Translations under genes and position numbers: made by a program
Origin: Lepidodermella squamata
Lineage: Eukaryota > Animalia > Gastrotricha
Reading direction: 5' to 3'
Length of the DNA: 23,395 bases
NCBI GenBank assembly: GCA_047495785.1
Contig: JBLDXI010000144.1
Coordinates: 1-23,395, forward strand
Shown here: positions 10,466-21,849 of the stretch, piece after piece
How positions within the stretch are numbered: position 1 is the stretch's first letter
Layout of the letters: the number at the start of each line of letters is the position of its first letter
The notes under the pieces: generated by a model
The model's input: the letters and a program-made list of their open reading frames with translations, nothing else
What the model was told of the DNA's origin: nothing
Databases searched by the model: none

Positions 10466-11944
10466 ATTCGGTATAATTTAACGAAAATCTAAAAATCATA
10501 GACAAAACTGATCAGAAAACGCACGATGATCGTGTAATATCATATGAGTCGTACACAATAGCTTCCAGAAATGGCAGAGGTAAACTGCAATATAACACGA
10601 AGCATTTCGAGCACTTATGATTGATCGCGTATCACTTCGATAACATCTATGCGATAGCGCAACTTGAATTAAGCGAATAGAAATTATTCTTCCGCTTGAA
10701 CCACAGCTGACTTTTACCAGCATGCTCCAAGCAGTAACATCAGGTATTAAATAGTTGGGAAGCAATGGAGAGAAAGATTGCGTCAAAATAATGCATGTTT
10801 AAGGTTTCCCAAAATCCCAATTTCAATTATAAAAGTAAGCAACGAACGACGACCACATAATGGAGTGGGGATAAACGAATACATCTGGTCTCTGGATATT
10901 ATTATACATATTCTACTCTTTTTTGATTATTATTTGTTCCTAAACTAATCACTAATCACACTAATCAGTTTTCAACGCTCACAAACAAGCTAATGTTGAG
11001 GCGCCCGAGATAAGAGGGTCGATTTCTGTTCTGGGATTGAAGAATTCTGCAGAAGTAGGTGGCAAGAAAAATTGAAGAAAATGGTAAAAATGCAGAAACT
11101 CTTTATAAAGTCGAGCAATTTAATCACGAAAACAGCTTTATGCCGCGATCCGTGTGATGCCCCGAGCCCCCGACTTTCTGACTAAGATCGGCAAGGTTGA
11201 AGCAAAACTGCCAGTTACTTGGCATTTGCTGTAAAATCACTCTTTAAAATTTCCGAGTCGAGGTTGCGAAGATTATTTTGCAGGTGTATTCAGAATGGAC
11301 TCGTCGTAAAAAAGAGAAGTGCAATTGTAACCATCTGGGAGCTGGGAGGCCAAAAAGCGCCCACTGCTGGTAACTCTTTGCCGATGGCTCAAAATCCTCG
11401 CCTTTCCAAGAAACTGCACCTGCACAAGGTAAGCATGAAGAGCATGACATCAACCTCCAACCTCCGCAAAAAGAAGGGTCGCCTGCGCCATTGTTGCGCG
11501 AAAAATCGACTATGAGGAGACGACGATCAGATGCGTTGCGCGGCAATCGTCTCCATAAAATTTAGACCTATATTAAATAAACAATTGACTATTTGATCTT
11601 ATTTGCTAGCAACAGTCAATTCAGCATATCGCGCAGTAATATTAAAAAAATTAGATTATTTTTTTATTGAAGGTAACAATCCGCACCGAATGAAACGTCC
11701 GCTCACATATTGAACTCGCAGGGACTCCGTTCGTTGCATCGTAAGATCCCCAAAACCAGAACTGAAAGGCAGTCAAAAGCAAGAAGGGATAGGAGATAGG
11801 TTTGGGCGTGAGATCCTTTGCCCTTTGTTCCGAGTGCTATGCGCTGAATGTTCTTGATTCTTGACTCTTTTTCCATCGGAGCAGGTTTCAAGCTAAATAA
11901 GTTACGCAATCAAAGCTCTTGTAGCTTGCAGGAGTACTTGAATC

Positions 11945-12170
11945 GCCTCCTCCAATTTCGTTGGAAGAAGTGCCCTCCCAGAGGCCGTCGCTCTCAGAGG
12001 GCTCCCTCTCAGATGGCTCAGAGGGTACCCCACCCCCAACCTAAACCTAACCCTAACCCTAACCATGACCACAAACTTAACCTTAACCTTAATCTTGACC
12101 GTCTGAGAGCTGAGAGCGCCGCCCTCTAAGAGACTGAGAGGGCACTTCTAACAACGAAATTGGAAACGGC
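11945..12170. mobile_element. 226-bp non-autonomous DNA transposon (MITE) with ~36-bp imperfect TIRs, 8-bp TSD and internal telomere-like array
   Basis: Left end gcctcctccaatttcgttggaagaagtgccctccca vs reverse complement of right end gccgtttccaatttcgttgttagaagtgccctctca. Direct repeat CTTGAATC at 11937-11944 and 12171-12178. Confidence 0.85.
12033..12100 (+). repeat. Degenerate (CCCTAA)n/(CCTTAA)n telomere-like hexamer array inside the MITE
   Basis: ctaaac ctaacc ctaacc ctaacc atgacc acaaac ttaacc ttaacc ttaatc ttgacc. Confidence 0.85.
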
Positions 12171-12742
12171 CTTGAATCTATCACCCTATGCTTTATTAAT
12201 ACTAATTGCATTTGATAGTACTTTAATGATAGTAAGCATCTCAAGGCCCAAGGTACAGTAAATGGGCATCACACATTACTGCTCATCTCTAGCTAAATCG
12301 TAAAAATTTCCGTTTTCCGTCGAGTTTTAGCACATAAACGAGTCAGCCTGGGAGTTCAGGCCTAGAGCTTTTATGTTGTTTTTAGAATTGTCGACGTCAA
12401 CAGCCTCGGTAAAGCAGTGACCGGTAGTTTACTTATTCCATGCTTCAATTATATAGCGGATCTATCAGACGATCAGGCCAGGCGGAAATGTGTCCGCCTT
12501 CCCGGACTTGGGACTTGGGAGTTCCGGGGGTACAGAATCGTTTTTAGATCGTTTGCTCTATTTCCAGCCGATGTTGCGGCCAATCACCAGATTATTTTTT
12601 TTTTAAATATTGACTCTAGGGTTGCTTATGAATTTAATCAACATAGAGGGAACATGAAGGGAATCGTTTGGGTTCTACGTAATTTTAGACTTCGAAAGGC
12701 CTTCGAAAATTCAGCTTTCTGTTAGCGTCAACCATCTAGTAT

Positions 12743-15700
12743 ATTTTCGAGTCACAAAAATGACTAATTATTAAATGATGTAAATAGAATATAAAAAGCA
12801 ACCGAAAAACCTGAGAAACGTGCAATGCATCTTTGATCTTTCGCTGTATGAACATTTACATATACAAACAACTAGTTATTGACTGGGCAAGACAAATGCA
12901 GCAATATATAAATGTAACACCGATACCATTGCAACAAAATGCTAAATCTACAAACGATAAGCGACGCCAACCGTCTCGCAGTGAGCACATAATTAAATCA
13001 GCTATCTCCGAATATAATTTTGTCAACAATACAGGGCGTCGTCAAAACAGCAGCAATTACTTGAGCAGGCGCAATAAAAACGACGAGAAGCAGTCATGTC
13101 CGATGCATACTGGATTATGCAAACGCAAACAAAAGTACGTATAGAGCAATCTTTCTGATTAAGGAAGACTAGGCGGCAGTTATTGAGACGCATAATTATT
13201 GATACGCCTACAACGGCGATTGAGCAATATACGCTTGTAAAAACTCGTTGATTTTGTCAATCGTGGGTCGCTGCTCCGGTTGCAGCATCCAGCAACAAAC
13301 CATCAAGCTGTATCTAATAGAAAATCAACGATATGTCATCAAAATGAAACACAAATATTCGGAGATACTTACATGTGATCAGGGCAATTAGGTGGCTTTT
13401 GAACGCGAAGGCCATCAGCGAGAACAGTCGCCATTTCCATAGGGTCAACGTCAACGTACGGCATCTGGCCCAGGGTGAAAAGCTCCCAAAGGAAAACAGC
13501 AAATGCCCAAACGTCACTTGACCGTGAATACAGCTTTTCCTCCAACGCTTCTAAAGCAAGCCAGCGAACAGGTCGATTTTCGTTGTCCAATAGGCAGTGA
13601 TATTCATCAGGGAATAAATCGCGCGATAAGCAAGGGTCGCAGAGGCGAACACGCATGCCGTCTGTTCCACTGGTGAGGAAGCAATTTCGAGCAGCTATAT
13701 CTTTGTGAACAATTGCAACGCGATGTAAATGACGAACGGCTTTCAGCACCTGAGTGGCTATTTCAATGAGGTTTCGGATCGAAAAAACAACACTCTGGTT
13801 CGAATCAGATGAATTGGTGCGGCCGACATTACTAGGCCATCTCGCAACGGTTAGAACCTTCTTCAAATTCCCATAGGAAGCGCTTGCATAAACAAACTGA
13901 GGATAGCAGCCGGGCAGAGAAAAAGCGACCGCTACAGGCGACATCAAATGCTTGTGAACGACTCCTTTCAGCAACAAAGCGTCGTGTAACATAGTAGCCA
14001 CTTGAACCGGGGTGGCTTGGCGAATGACTGATTTGATGAACGCCTTCCGCGGAGGGCCATTTCCACCAATATTTCCGTTCGCCGGCTTTCCATTAGCGGC
14101 ACCGTAATTTGTAGGCTTATGAAACAGCCCAAGATATATCGCGCCAAAAGTTCCTAAGGTTAACCCGTAAACTTATTGTAAGAATTCAATCATCAATCGT
14201 TACCTTCTTGTAGTGCCTTGCATTTTTCTACACTTTGATCGGAAACTGTAATATCAGCAAAATATGACTTCAGCTTGTTGACATCCATGACCGACCAAGA
14301 CGGTGGCTCGATTAATGAGGTTTCCTCAGCTAAAACGAAAGATGAAAAAAGAAGCAGTTATTAACTTCAAAGCTCACCTCGGCAAATTTGCTTCGCAGAG
14401 TCGCCCATGTCCTTCTCTTCATCGGCAAATGCATCTCCGTTCGCTTGAACATGAAAAGAGAGATCGGAGAGGGAGCCCTCCCTAAAAATGCGCAAATGTT
14501 AGAAGCAACAGGTTCCGCCTTATCAAAACTTACAAAACTGGCGAAGTCTTCCGCTTCACATAAAACCAGTAAGTAAAGCAAAGAATCGTGGCCGACAAAA
14601 TCAAGAACCCACTAACTCCAGCGATGAGAACATAAAATATAGCAGATGAAAACACCGAAAAATGTGCCGGTTCGGCGTTTTCTAAAACCAAGGAAATGTT
14701 ATGTGGCAATTGTTAACATTTCAATATCTCACCAGTGAATGAAATATTCCTCACTTTTTCCAGGAATTCCTGAAGACTAGGGCCATCCTCGGCACTTCTA
14801 TTGTAATCCATCTAATATCGAGAAGGCCTAAACATAAATACATTAATAAAAATTACGGATCAGTCTTATTCTCAATAAAATCATTGAAGTAATACAGATT
14901 ACAGAAATCTGTTCATCAGGAAACAGGATTTGCCGGAATCGGTGTGAAATTGATTGCGCAAATCTATCCGAATTATTCTAAATTATAAGAAACCTTCGAA
15001 AGCGAGGAGAGAATAGTTTCCAATTTCCTAGGGTGTTGGTCGTGTGTCATGTCTTCGTATTATGGATGTTATGTACTAAATATCCTCCTTTGACTTCCTG
15101 TTATTTTGCAATAAATGAATTCTTATTAAGCATAATAGTTGCCTTCACAAACTGATTATATAACGCGGGATGCGATATCATTCTTCTATGAATGTTTCAG
15201 GATTATTTTGCCGCTAAAAGTCAAAAGCCACCTACCATCCGCGCCCTTTTAACTAGAGACCAACTAGAGACACTTTTTGGGCTGCGCGTCCACGAAATTG
15301 ATGTAAGAAGACACAAGACCACAGACCACAGACCACAGACCACAGGGAAACCAACAGCGAACGGCCCGCAGCGTTAACAACATCAAAGACGGCCCGCCAA
15401 AACATTTCAAAAAAGCTCTAAAAATCCATTTTTCAAAATAATTTATCATTTGATAAAATTACAAGTTAATAGGAAAAATGTTGGGACTCGCAGCATTTAT
15501 GTAAAAAGACAAATGAAAAACAAATAATTGTGGAAAAGGGCCAAACGAGAAAATAGAAAAAGCTGCGAGATTTTCCTCTCACGGAAAAGTTGTTGTCAGC
15601 GTTTTAATTGTTGAGTAAGAGAAGTTAAGCGTGAAGTAAGAAAGTGGAAAGGGACAAATGAAGAGTGTTTTTTCATGATTTCTTGTATTGCTTTTTCCAC

Positions 15701-16142
15701 GCTTCAAACGCTAAACGACAATTGTCGGAGAAGCGAGAAACGATATACAAGAGCGAGTACAAGCCATCGACACGCAGAAAGCACTTAAGGGTGCAGGGCG
15801 GTATCCCCGGCTTTTCAGCCTTGTGATTTGTGTAGAATACTGTGTGAGATACTGTGTAGGGGTGGATGTTTGTTCTTTTTTATGTAATAATTATTCGCTA
15901 ATTTCCTATTTCACATGTAATTTTGTTTATTTCATCCATCGACTTCAACGCGCCGGAGGCCGAGTATATTGATTACTCATCCAGGTTGGGTTAACGAACG
16001 CGTTCAATCTAAATGGAGCCTTATTACTACAAACCGTGTTAGGGAGACCTAAGAAAAGCCGAACCAAGAGACCTAAGAGGCCAAGCTTAATGTAAAATGT
16101 AATTGCGTGGTAATTTTTAGAATTCTGCATTCTGCGCTCTTT
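12743..16142 (-). repeat. Right arm of 3.4-kb inverted duplication
   Basis: Reverse complement of 1..3400; 16131-16142 tctgcgctcttt is the reverse complement of window bases 1-12. Confidence 0.97.
13208..14811 (-). CDS. RYK: RYK-family receptor pseudokinase, copy 2 (mirror of copy 1)
   Basis: Identical translation in the ORF track (13369..14001). Stop at 13208-13210, ATG at 14809-14811. Confidence 0.9.
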
Positions 16143-16241
16143 AGACTAATTACTTAAAGAATTTGGTAATTACTGATGTGTAGATCATCTTTCAATGTAC
16201 TTACTTTGACTTATAGTAAAGTTTAACTTGAAGTCCTTCAA

Positions 16242-16625
16242 ATGGAAAAAGCGCTGTGGCAATTTGGCATGTTGGCTACCGGAGGCATGATCATTGTGCT
16301 GTTTCACCTGGCTTGTGTTACCGACTTGAAGACTCAAACTGGCATGTATCACATGAATCAAGCGCGCAGTCTGTTGGACACAATAACGGGAAATAGCTTC
16401 GAATTCAGTAAAATGACTCTAGCTGCATTTCAGCAGAATATACTCCTGAAAACGATATTGATTCCTGCCTTGTTGGTTCACGTCGTAGAAGCTATCATTG
16501 TGTCTCGCAAAGCACGATCAAAAAAATGGTACTACTTCATGCGAACCTTCGTTTGTGGATTCACTTCATGGGGATCTCTTAACGCCGAACTTGCCGATGA
16601 TGATCGAGCTGGACATCGCGATTAA
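16242..16625 (+). CDS. TMEM254: TMEM254-like (DUF4499-like) small membrane protein
   Basis: 127 aa with three hydrophobic segments; LLVHVVEA...YFMRTFVCGFTS resembles the HxxEA...WFxQTFxxGxxS pattern of TMEM254 (recalled, not searched). Confidence 0.6.
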   Translation: MEKALWQFGMLATGGMIIVLFHLACVTDLKTQTGMYHMNQARSLLDTITGNSFEFSKMTLAAFQQNILLKTILIPALLVHVVEAIIVSRKARSKKWYYFMRTFVCGFTSWGSLNAELADDDRAGHRD

Positions 16626-16797
16626 CTGCTGTCATTCATGCACCAAATTGCTTTCACCGCTTGCTGGGTTTGGGAATAGGATCACGCTTTTCGAATGAGA
16701 TTATTTTTAATTTATTAGTTGATTTGAAAAATATTTCGTTTTTTTTCCTGTTAGGGCTTTTAATTATCTGGTAACAGTGCGGGCCTGAAAACAAGAT

Positions 16798-17433
16798 ATG
16801 GTAAGCGAAAACATTCTAATTTTGAATACTGCACTAATTACTCATTTTTCCTAGCTTCATTTCTTACTGCTCTTCAGCCGCCAAGGCAAGCTACGGCTTC
16901 AAAAGTGGTACTTCACATATACGGACAAAGCCAAGAAGAAAATATGCCGCGATGTGACCGCTTTAGTTCTTGCCAGGAAGCCTAAAATGTGCTCGTTTCT
17001 GGAATGGAAAGATTTGAAAATTGTTTACAAACGGTAATAGCTGAACATTTAATCAAATACTGGAGTTGCTCTTACTTTCGTATCATTTCAGTTACGCCAG
17101 CTTGTATTTCTGTTGTGCCATCGAACCTGATGATAACGAATTGCTCACTTTGGAATTTATCCATCGCTATGTCGAAATTCTCGACAAATATTTCGGCTCA
17201 GTTTGCGAGCTAGACATCATTTTCAATTTCGAGAAGGCCTATTTCATCCTCGACGAATTCATGATAGGCGGTGAAATTCAAGAAACATCGAAAAAGAACA
17301 TTCTGAAAGCAGTCGCATCGCAAGACATGATGCAAGAGGTGCGCTTTTTATTACTTTATATATCTTCAATAATCAAATTGCATTTCAGGAAGAAACACCT
17401 CAGGGTCTTTTTGACGATTATGGCCTTGGCTAA
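16798..17433 (+). CDS. AP1S: AP-1 adaptor complex sigma subunit. Exons 16798-16800, 16855-17033, 17092-17338, 17389-17433
   Basis: M|[19 protein letters not shown]...[32 protein letters not shown]...[23 protein letters not shown]; first coding exon is the ATG only. Confidence 0.96.
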
Positions 17434-17717
17434 GTATGGTGATGACAGCTGCTTTCTTATCTGTTTTCGTTTTACTAAAAACACTAAAAAAGCTTTGTTA
17501 ATGCAATGCTGAAATGGTTGTTCACCGTCTGTTGGTTGCTCGCCAATCGCTACGAGCTAGCGATTTTAATAATTTAAAATCATGAATCGTCTCGTGCATT
17601 ATTCATAATAACATTCAAATAAAATTATTGTGACGAAAGAAAATAATTTATTTGTCAAGTCATGGAAAGCGTAAAGCATCATAAATCGTTGTGAAAATAA
17701 TAATGAGATCATTCAAT

Positions 17718-18993
17718 TTAGAATTCGTCCAGAGTTGATGGCAAATTTTTCGACCATTCGAACAATTGATCTGCCTCTTCGTCAAAGAAATTGAGAGTCA
17801 CATTCGTAATTTCGCGTTCCACCAACGTCAAACTTGTCGGCTCACCGTTCGGAATAGGCGGTATCGTTATGGTTTGACCGATAGCTTTTCTGCTTGTACC
17901 GGGAGATTGAGGAGACTAGCGATATGGAATTCGTAGAAATAGAAATTCGAGGAAATTTGAGAGACTTACGTAAAGCTTAAGGAGTTTTTTAGCTCGTGCC
18001 TTCGCAGCTCGCCTTCTTTCAGCAGAATCAGCACCTAAGGGCGCCATAGTTTTAGCTATGGTCATATGTGTCGGGGTTGGCGAAATGTTCGTTTCTCGAC
18101 TAAATATAAATTAATAAGATTTGAGAAGGATATGAATTAATCGCTAACCATATTGTGGTCAATATTCGAAAATGCATATGCAGGTCATTATTAGCAACCA
18201 GGTGAGGTAAAATTGCGCGAACTCTTCGGCTATCGGGGATGGCAATACGCCGTTCTTTCGCATTCATTCGGTTTATCCTAGACGCAATTTTCGGACCCAA
18301 TGCAAAACCCAAGACATCGTGGAGAATAGTCATGCGAGGCACATCTGCTAACGTCAATTTCCGCCACTTATTATTCTTGCCACCCATATAAGCCGGCAGC
18401 TCGTCTCGAATCGATTTAAGCTTAGAAAGGTCCGGTTGAAATTAGTTGAATCATCTCCTCATTTTAATTATTTACCTTTAAACAATCTTTTGTTGTGACA
18501 CATTCGTCCGGCGAGATGATTCCAAATTGATTATGCATTACTTCATCTTTCAGCAATTGAGCAGTTACGCTATGAGGTCCTCGAACTTTCACGAGATCGG
18601 CATAGAACTAAGAAAATTCAAGGCGTAAAATTGCAATCAGAATAATTATAAATAAACCTTCGAACTATCAACAACTTGCTGCCGGCCGTTCATGAGAGCC
18701 GGAGACACATATTGAGCTGGAAAGGCCGTGCCATCGGTAAATATTTTGAAACAAATAACAGGAGGAAACTCGGCACCCGAGAATCGAAATCGCAGAGTGA
18801 AAGGCACGCACGAATCACGGAGTATTTCGTAATCTTGCGGAGAAGTGCGGCGTAAAATATCAGCTCCCATGAAAGTTTCCAGAGTTCGAACAGCGACCTT
18901 GAGAATTTGAAATAGCTGTCTATCCCGATATCTGATCCATGTGGCTTCAATGATAGCAATAGCCACCGATGTTGACATGTGATTAGGAGGCAT
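17718..18993 (-). CDS. CXorf58-like conserved uncharacterised protein, multi-exon
   Basis: Motifs LRFRFSGAEFPPVICFKIFT, ELPAYMGGKNNKWRKLTL and C-terminal EEADQLFEWSKNL, recalled as the CXorf58/C11orf65 family. ATG at 18993 is preferred over 19023 because of an upstream acceptor. Internal exon boundaries were not fully resolved. Confidence 0.75.
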
Positions 18994-19037
18994 TATTCTA
19001 AATAATTTAACGCCTACGAACATTCAAAATTCATAAA

Positions 19038-19043
19038 TTTATT
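19038..19043 (-). terminator. Candidate AATAAA polyadenylation signal of CCDC57
   Basis: tttatt on the + strand, about 107 nt downstream of the stop. Confidence 0.5.
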
Positions 19044-19149
19044 GTTAAAAAGTGCAAATGTCAAAATTATTTGAGCAATAGGTAATATAAAAATCATGGT
19101 GGGTTGGTTGAGCATCGGCAACAATTTCAATATAAACAGAGATTTCATG

Positions 19150-21759
19150 TTACTTGGGCTTAGCTCGAACTGCTGAGGTTCGGGTTGAGCTTATTTTCGA
19201 AGGGGAAGCCTCGTGTAACCAAACACGCGCCGAGACGGGGCGCACATTGGTTTTAGCAACAGGCTTGGGGCTTTTAGCCGAGTAAGAATTAACTACTCGA
19301 GTGCGAGATGGTGATCGGCTAGATTGAGATCTTGCTGAAGGAATCTGTGCTTCTGGAGCGGCGTTATCAATCTGCTGTAACAATTCATGAATAGCTTCGC
19401 TATTCGGAAACGAAGTCGACAAATCGGCCAATTCTTGATCGTAATCGCTGGTTTGTCGACCAGCCATTTGGTTTGCAAGCTTTTCACGCATTTGTTCGTA
19501 AGCCATTGTCTCGATCTTATCCAACTGATTCTGCGGCCTCAGATTCGACCGAGTCGATAACGGTGGTCCGTTATCGGCTGAGCTGTTTGAGGGTATTTTC
19601 TTCGAATTCGCTTCAAAGGAATCCAATTGAATGCGATAATCCTCAGCTGTGGCACGCAATCTGGCAGCCAAATCTAACAGCCGCATTTTGTCTTTTTGCA
19701 GTTGAACAATGATTGCTATGGCACGTTTTAATCGAGCCGTTGCTTCAACAGAATCCTGAGGTTTTGCTCTTGTAGCAAATTCTTTCAGTTGGTCTTCCAG
19801 TTGCTGGATGTAAAGCTCCTAAAAACAGAATTTGAAGCTCTGGAATTAAAGCTGATTTTAGGGAAAAACCTGGCCACCGAAACCAACTCCGGAAGAGCTA
19901 GATTTTTGAGCGAGTTCTTTGCTAGCCAGTCGCCTCCTAAGATCGCCCAATTCCGAGTTAGCATTATTTGCTTCTGCGTGGAATTCATCAGCAACAGCTC
20001 TAGCTTCCGCTAGGCGTTCTTCAAGATCAGCGATTTGCTTTTTCGATGCCAATTTATCGCCTTCGAACCGAGAACGCTCAGCTGACAGCTCGTAGCGGGC
20101 ATGTTCCAACGCAGATCGCAGCCTTTGGCAGTCGCTTTCGGCTGATTCGAGCTGGGCAGCGGCTGATTCAGCTTTGATCTGCTGTCGGCGACCTTCGGCC
20201 ACTAACTCGGAACAGCGGTGCTGAAGAGACGAGGTTCTTCGAACCAATGAGTCTACGTATTGTTTCACCCTTGGATCTCGGGGTAATTCAACATCTTGCA
20301 GCGCATTTTCTTCCATGAGTGAGTCGTCAAACAAGTTATTATGATGGGCTTCTGTCTGCGATTGCTTCGAAGCTGTTGGTACTGATTTGGTTTCAGGCAC
20401 CGGCTGATTGACCGGCTTTCCAGATTGCAAAATCATTTCCACTTCTGCCTTCATTTGCCGAACGGCTTCCTTCAAGACTCCGTTTTGTTGCTCCAATCTG
20501 TAAAATTGAACCTTGGGACCATCATAAGAGGCGGCGCGAATGACTTACCTCCGACATTGCTCTTCAGCTCGAGATGCTCTTTCTCTGGCAGCGGCGATTT
20601 CTCGTTTCTGTCCCTCGTCATTCTGTCCAGTTTTAATCTGCTGTATGGAGGCCTCTAATTTAGCATTAGCTTCGCTTAGTGACATTATTTGTGTTTCGCA
20701 TTGCTGAAGTTGGAGGCGACAACTGCTAGCGCTTTCACGCTCGGCGCGCAGCTCGTCCTCCAGTGCGGTTTGTTTCTCAGCACTCGCGCGCAGGCGAGCA
20801 ACTTCGCCCTGCAATTCGCCAATCCGCTTACCAGCCTCACCAGCATCCTCATAACGTGATCGTTGCATTCTTTCTAAGAGCATTACTTTTTCAGCGAGAT
20901 CCCGGTTCAGCTGAGCTAGGCGGTTTTCGAATTGAACTCTTTCGGCTTCTCTTTCATTTTGAATGCTTTCAAACCTCTGCTGTAATTCTTTCATATCAAC
21001 CTGTGTCAGCGCTGATTTGTCGGCCAAGCTCCATTCTAGCTGCTTTATATGACGCGATGCATCTTCCAAAGATTTCTCGGCAGCAGCAAGTTCTGCCCGT
21101 TTCTTACGCTCAGCATCTCGTGACATTTCTAGTTCACGTGCGAGTAGTCGGCTCTCGGTAGTAACAGCGGCCAGTTCTGCTCGTATTTCGTCTATCTGAG
21201 AATCACACTGCTTGCGATTCCGCTCAAGCTCCTGCTGGAAACCATCTTCAAGCTGACGACGCGTGAACAAATAGTTTGATTCAACCTCTTGGAGGCGTGT
21301 TTCTAAATGTTCTTTCGCAACTTTCAACGCGGACTGCTGAGCGGTAAGATCAGCGTATTGCTTTTTCGCTTGCTTTTCATACTCTTGTCGTAAGTGTTCC
21401 AACTGCTCCGCGTGAATCTTGCGATCTTTCTCCCTCTCGGTAAGATATGCGTCGAACTTTGCTCGAATCTCGCTGAGCTCCCTTTCTTTTTCGATGAGCG
21501 TTGATTGCAAGGCTTCCAGGCTTTTTTCGGCCGAATCAAGATCGGAATCCCGATCGGCAAGCAGTCGCAAGTTATAAGAAAAATCAGCCTTAACTTTGTC
21601 GAGTTTTTCTCTCTCTGCTTGAAGCTCGGAACGTACTCTTTCCAGCTCCATCTCGGCCCGCTCGGCGCGTAGTTCCGCTAGTTGTCGCCACTCTTTCTCT
21701 TTCTCTTCAACCAACCTTTTCAAAGCGGTTCCATCGTAATCGGAATTTTGAAGAGCCAT
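19150..21759 (-). CDS. CCDC57: Coiled-coil domain-containing protein 57 (centriolar). Exons 21759-20549, 20497-19870, 19818-19150
   Basis: Long coiled coil with CCDC57-like blocks LVEEKEKEWRQL, DFSYNLRLLADRDSDL, LEQQNGVLKEAVRQMKAEVE and RLKRA...LQKDKMRLLDLAARLRA. Two 51-bp phase-compatible introns. Confidence 0.82.
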
Positions 21760-21801
21760 TTGTAATCACAGCGAAATACGAAATACAGGACGATAAACCA
21801 C

Positions 21802-21849
21802 CTAGCCAGTGAGAATAGTCGATTATGGAAGCTGTCAATTGATACTCAC
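21802..21849 (-). other. Probable 48-bp 5'-UTR intron of CCDC57
   Basis: Minus strand gtgagt...ggctag, with the size typical of introns in this window. Confidence 0.45.

Noticed and set aside
10496-11546. ORFs 10496..10786, 11219..11515 and 11244..11546
   Set aside because: No recognisable homology and I could not build a consistent spliced model. A lineage-specific gene is not excluded.
12033-12100. True telomere or chromosome-fusion scar
   Set aside because: Short, degenerate, single orientation, and enclosed by TIRs and a TSD.
11848-12129. 93-aa ORF with PNPNPN/LNLNLN
   Set aside because: It is simply the translation of the hexamer array inside the MITE.
12417-12725. 102-aa ORF beside the inner repeat boundary
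   Set aside because: GTG start and no motifs.
1-16142. Giant transposon (Maverick or foldback type) with 3.4-kb TIRs
   Set aside because: No transposase, integrase or polymerase ORF. The arms and spacer contain ordinary host genes, and a TSD cannot be assessed at the window edge.
19293-21560. Several overlapping or antisense ORFs within CCDC57
   Set aside because: Shadow frames of a long coiled-coil CDS.
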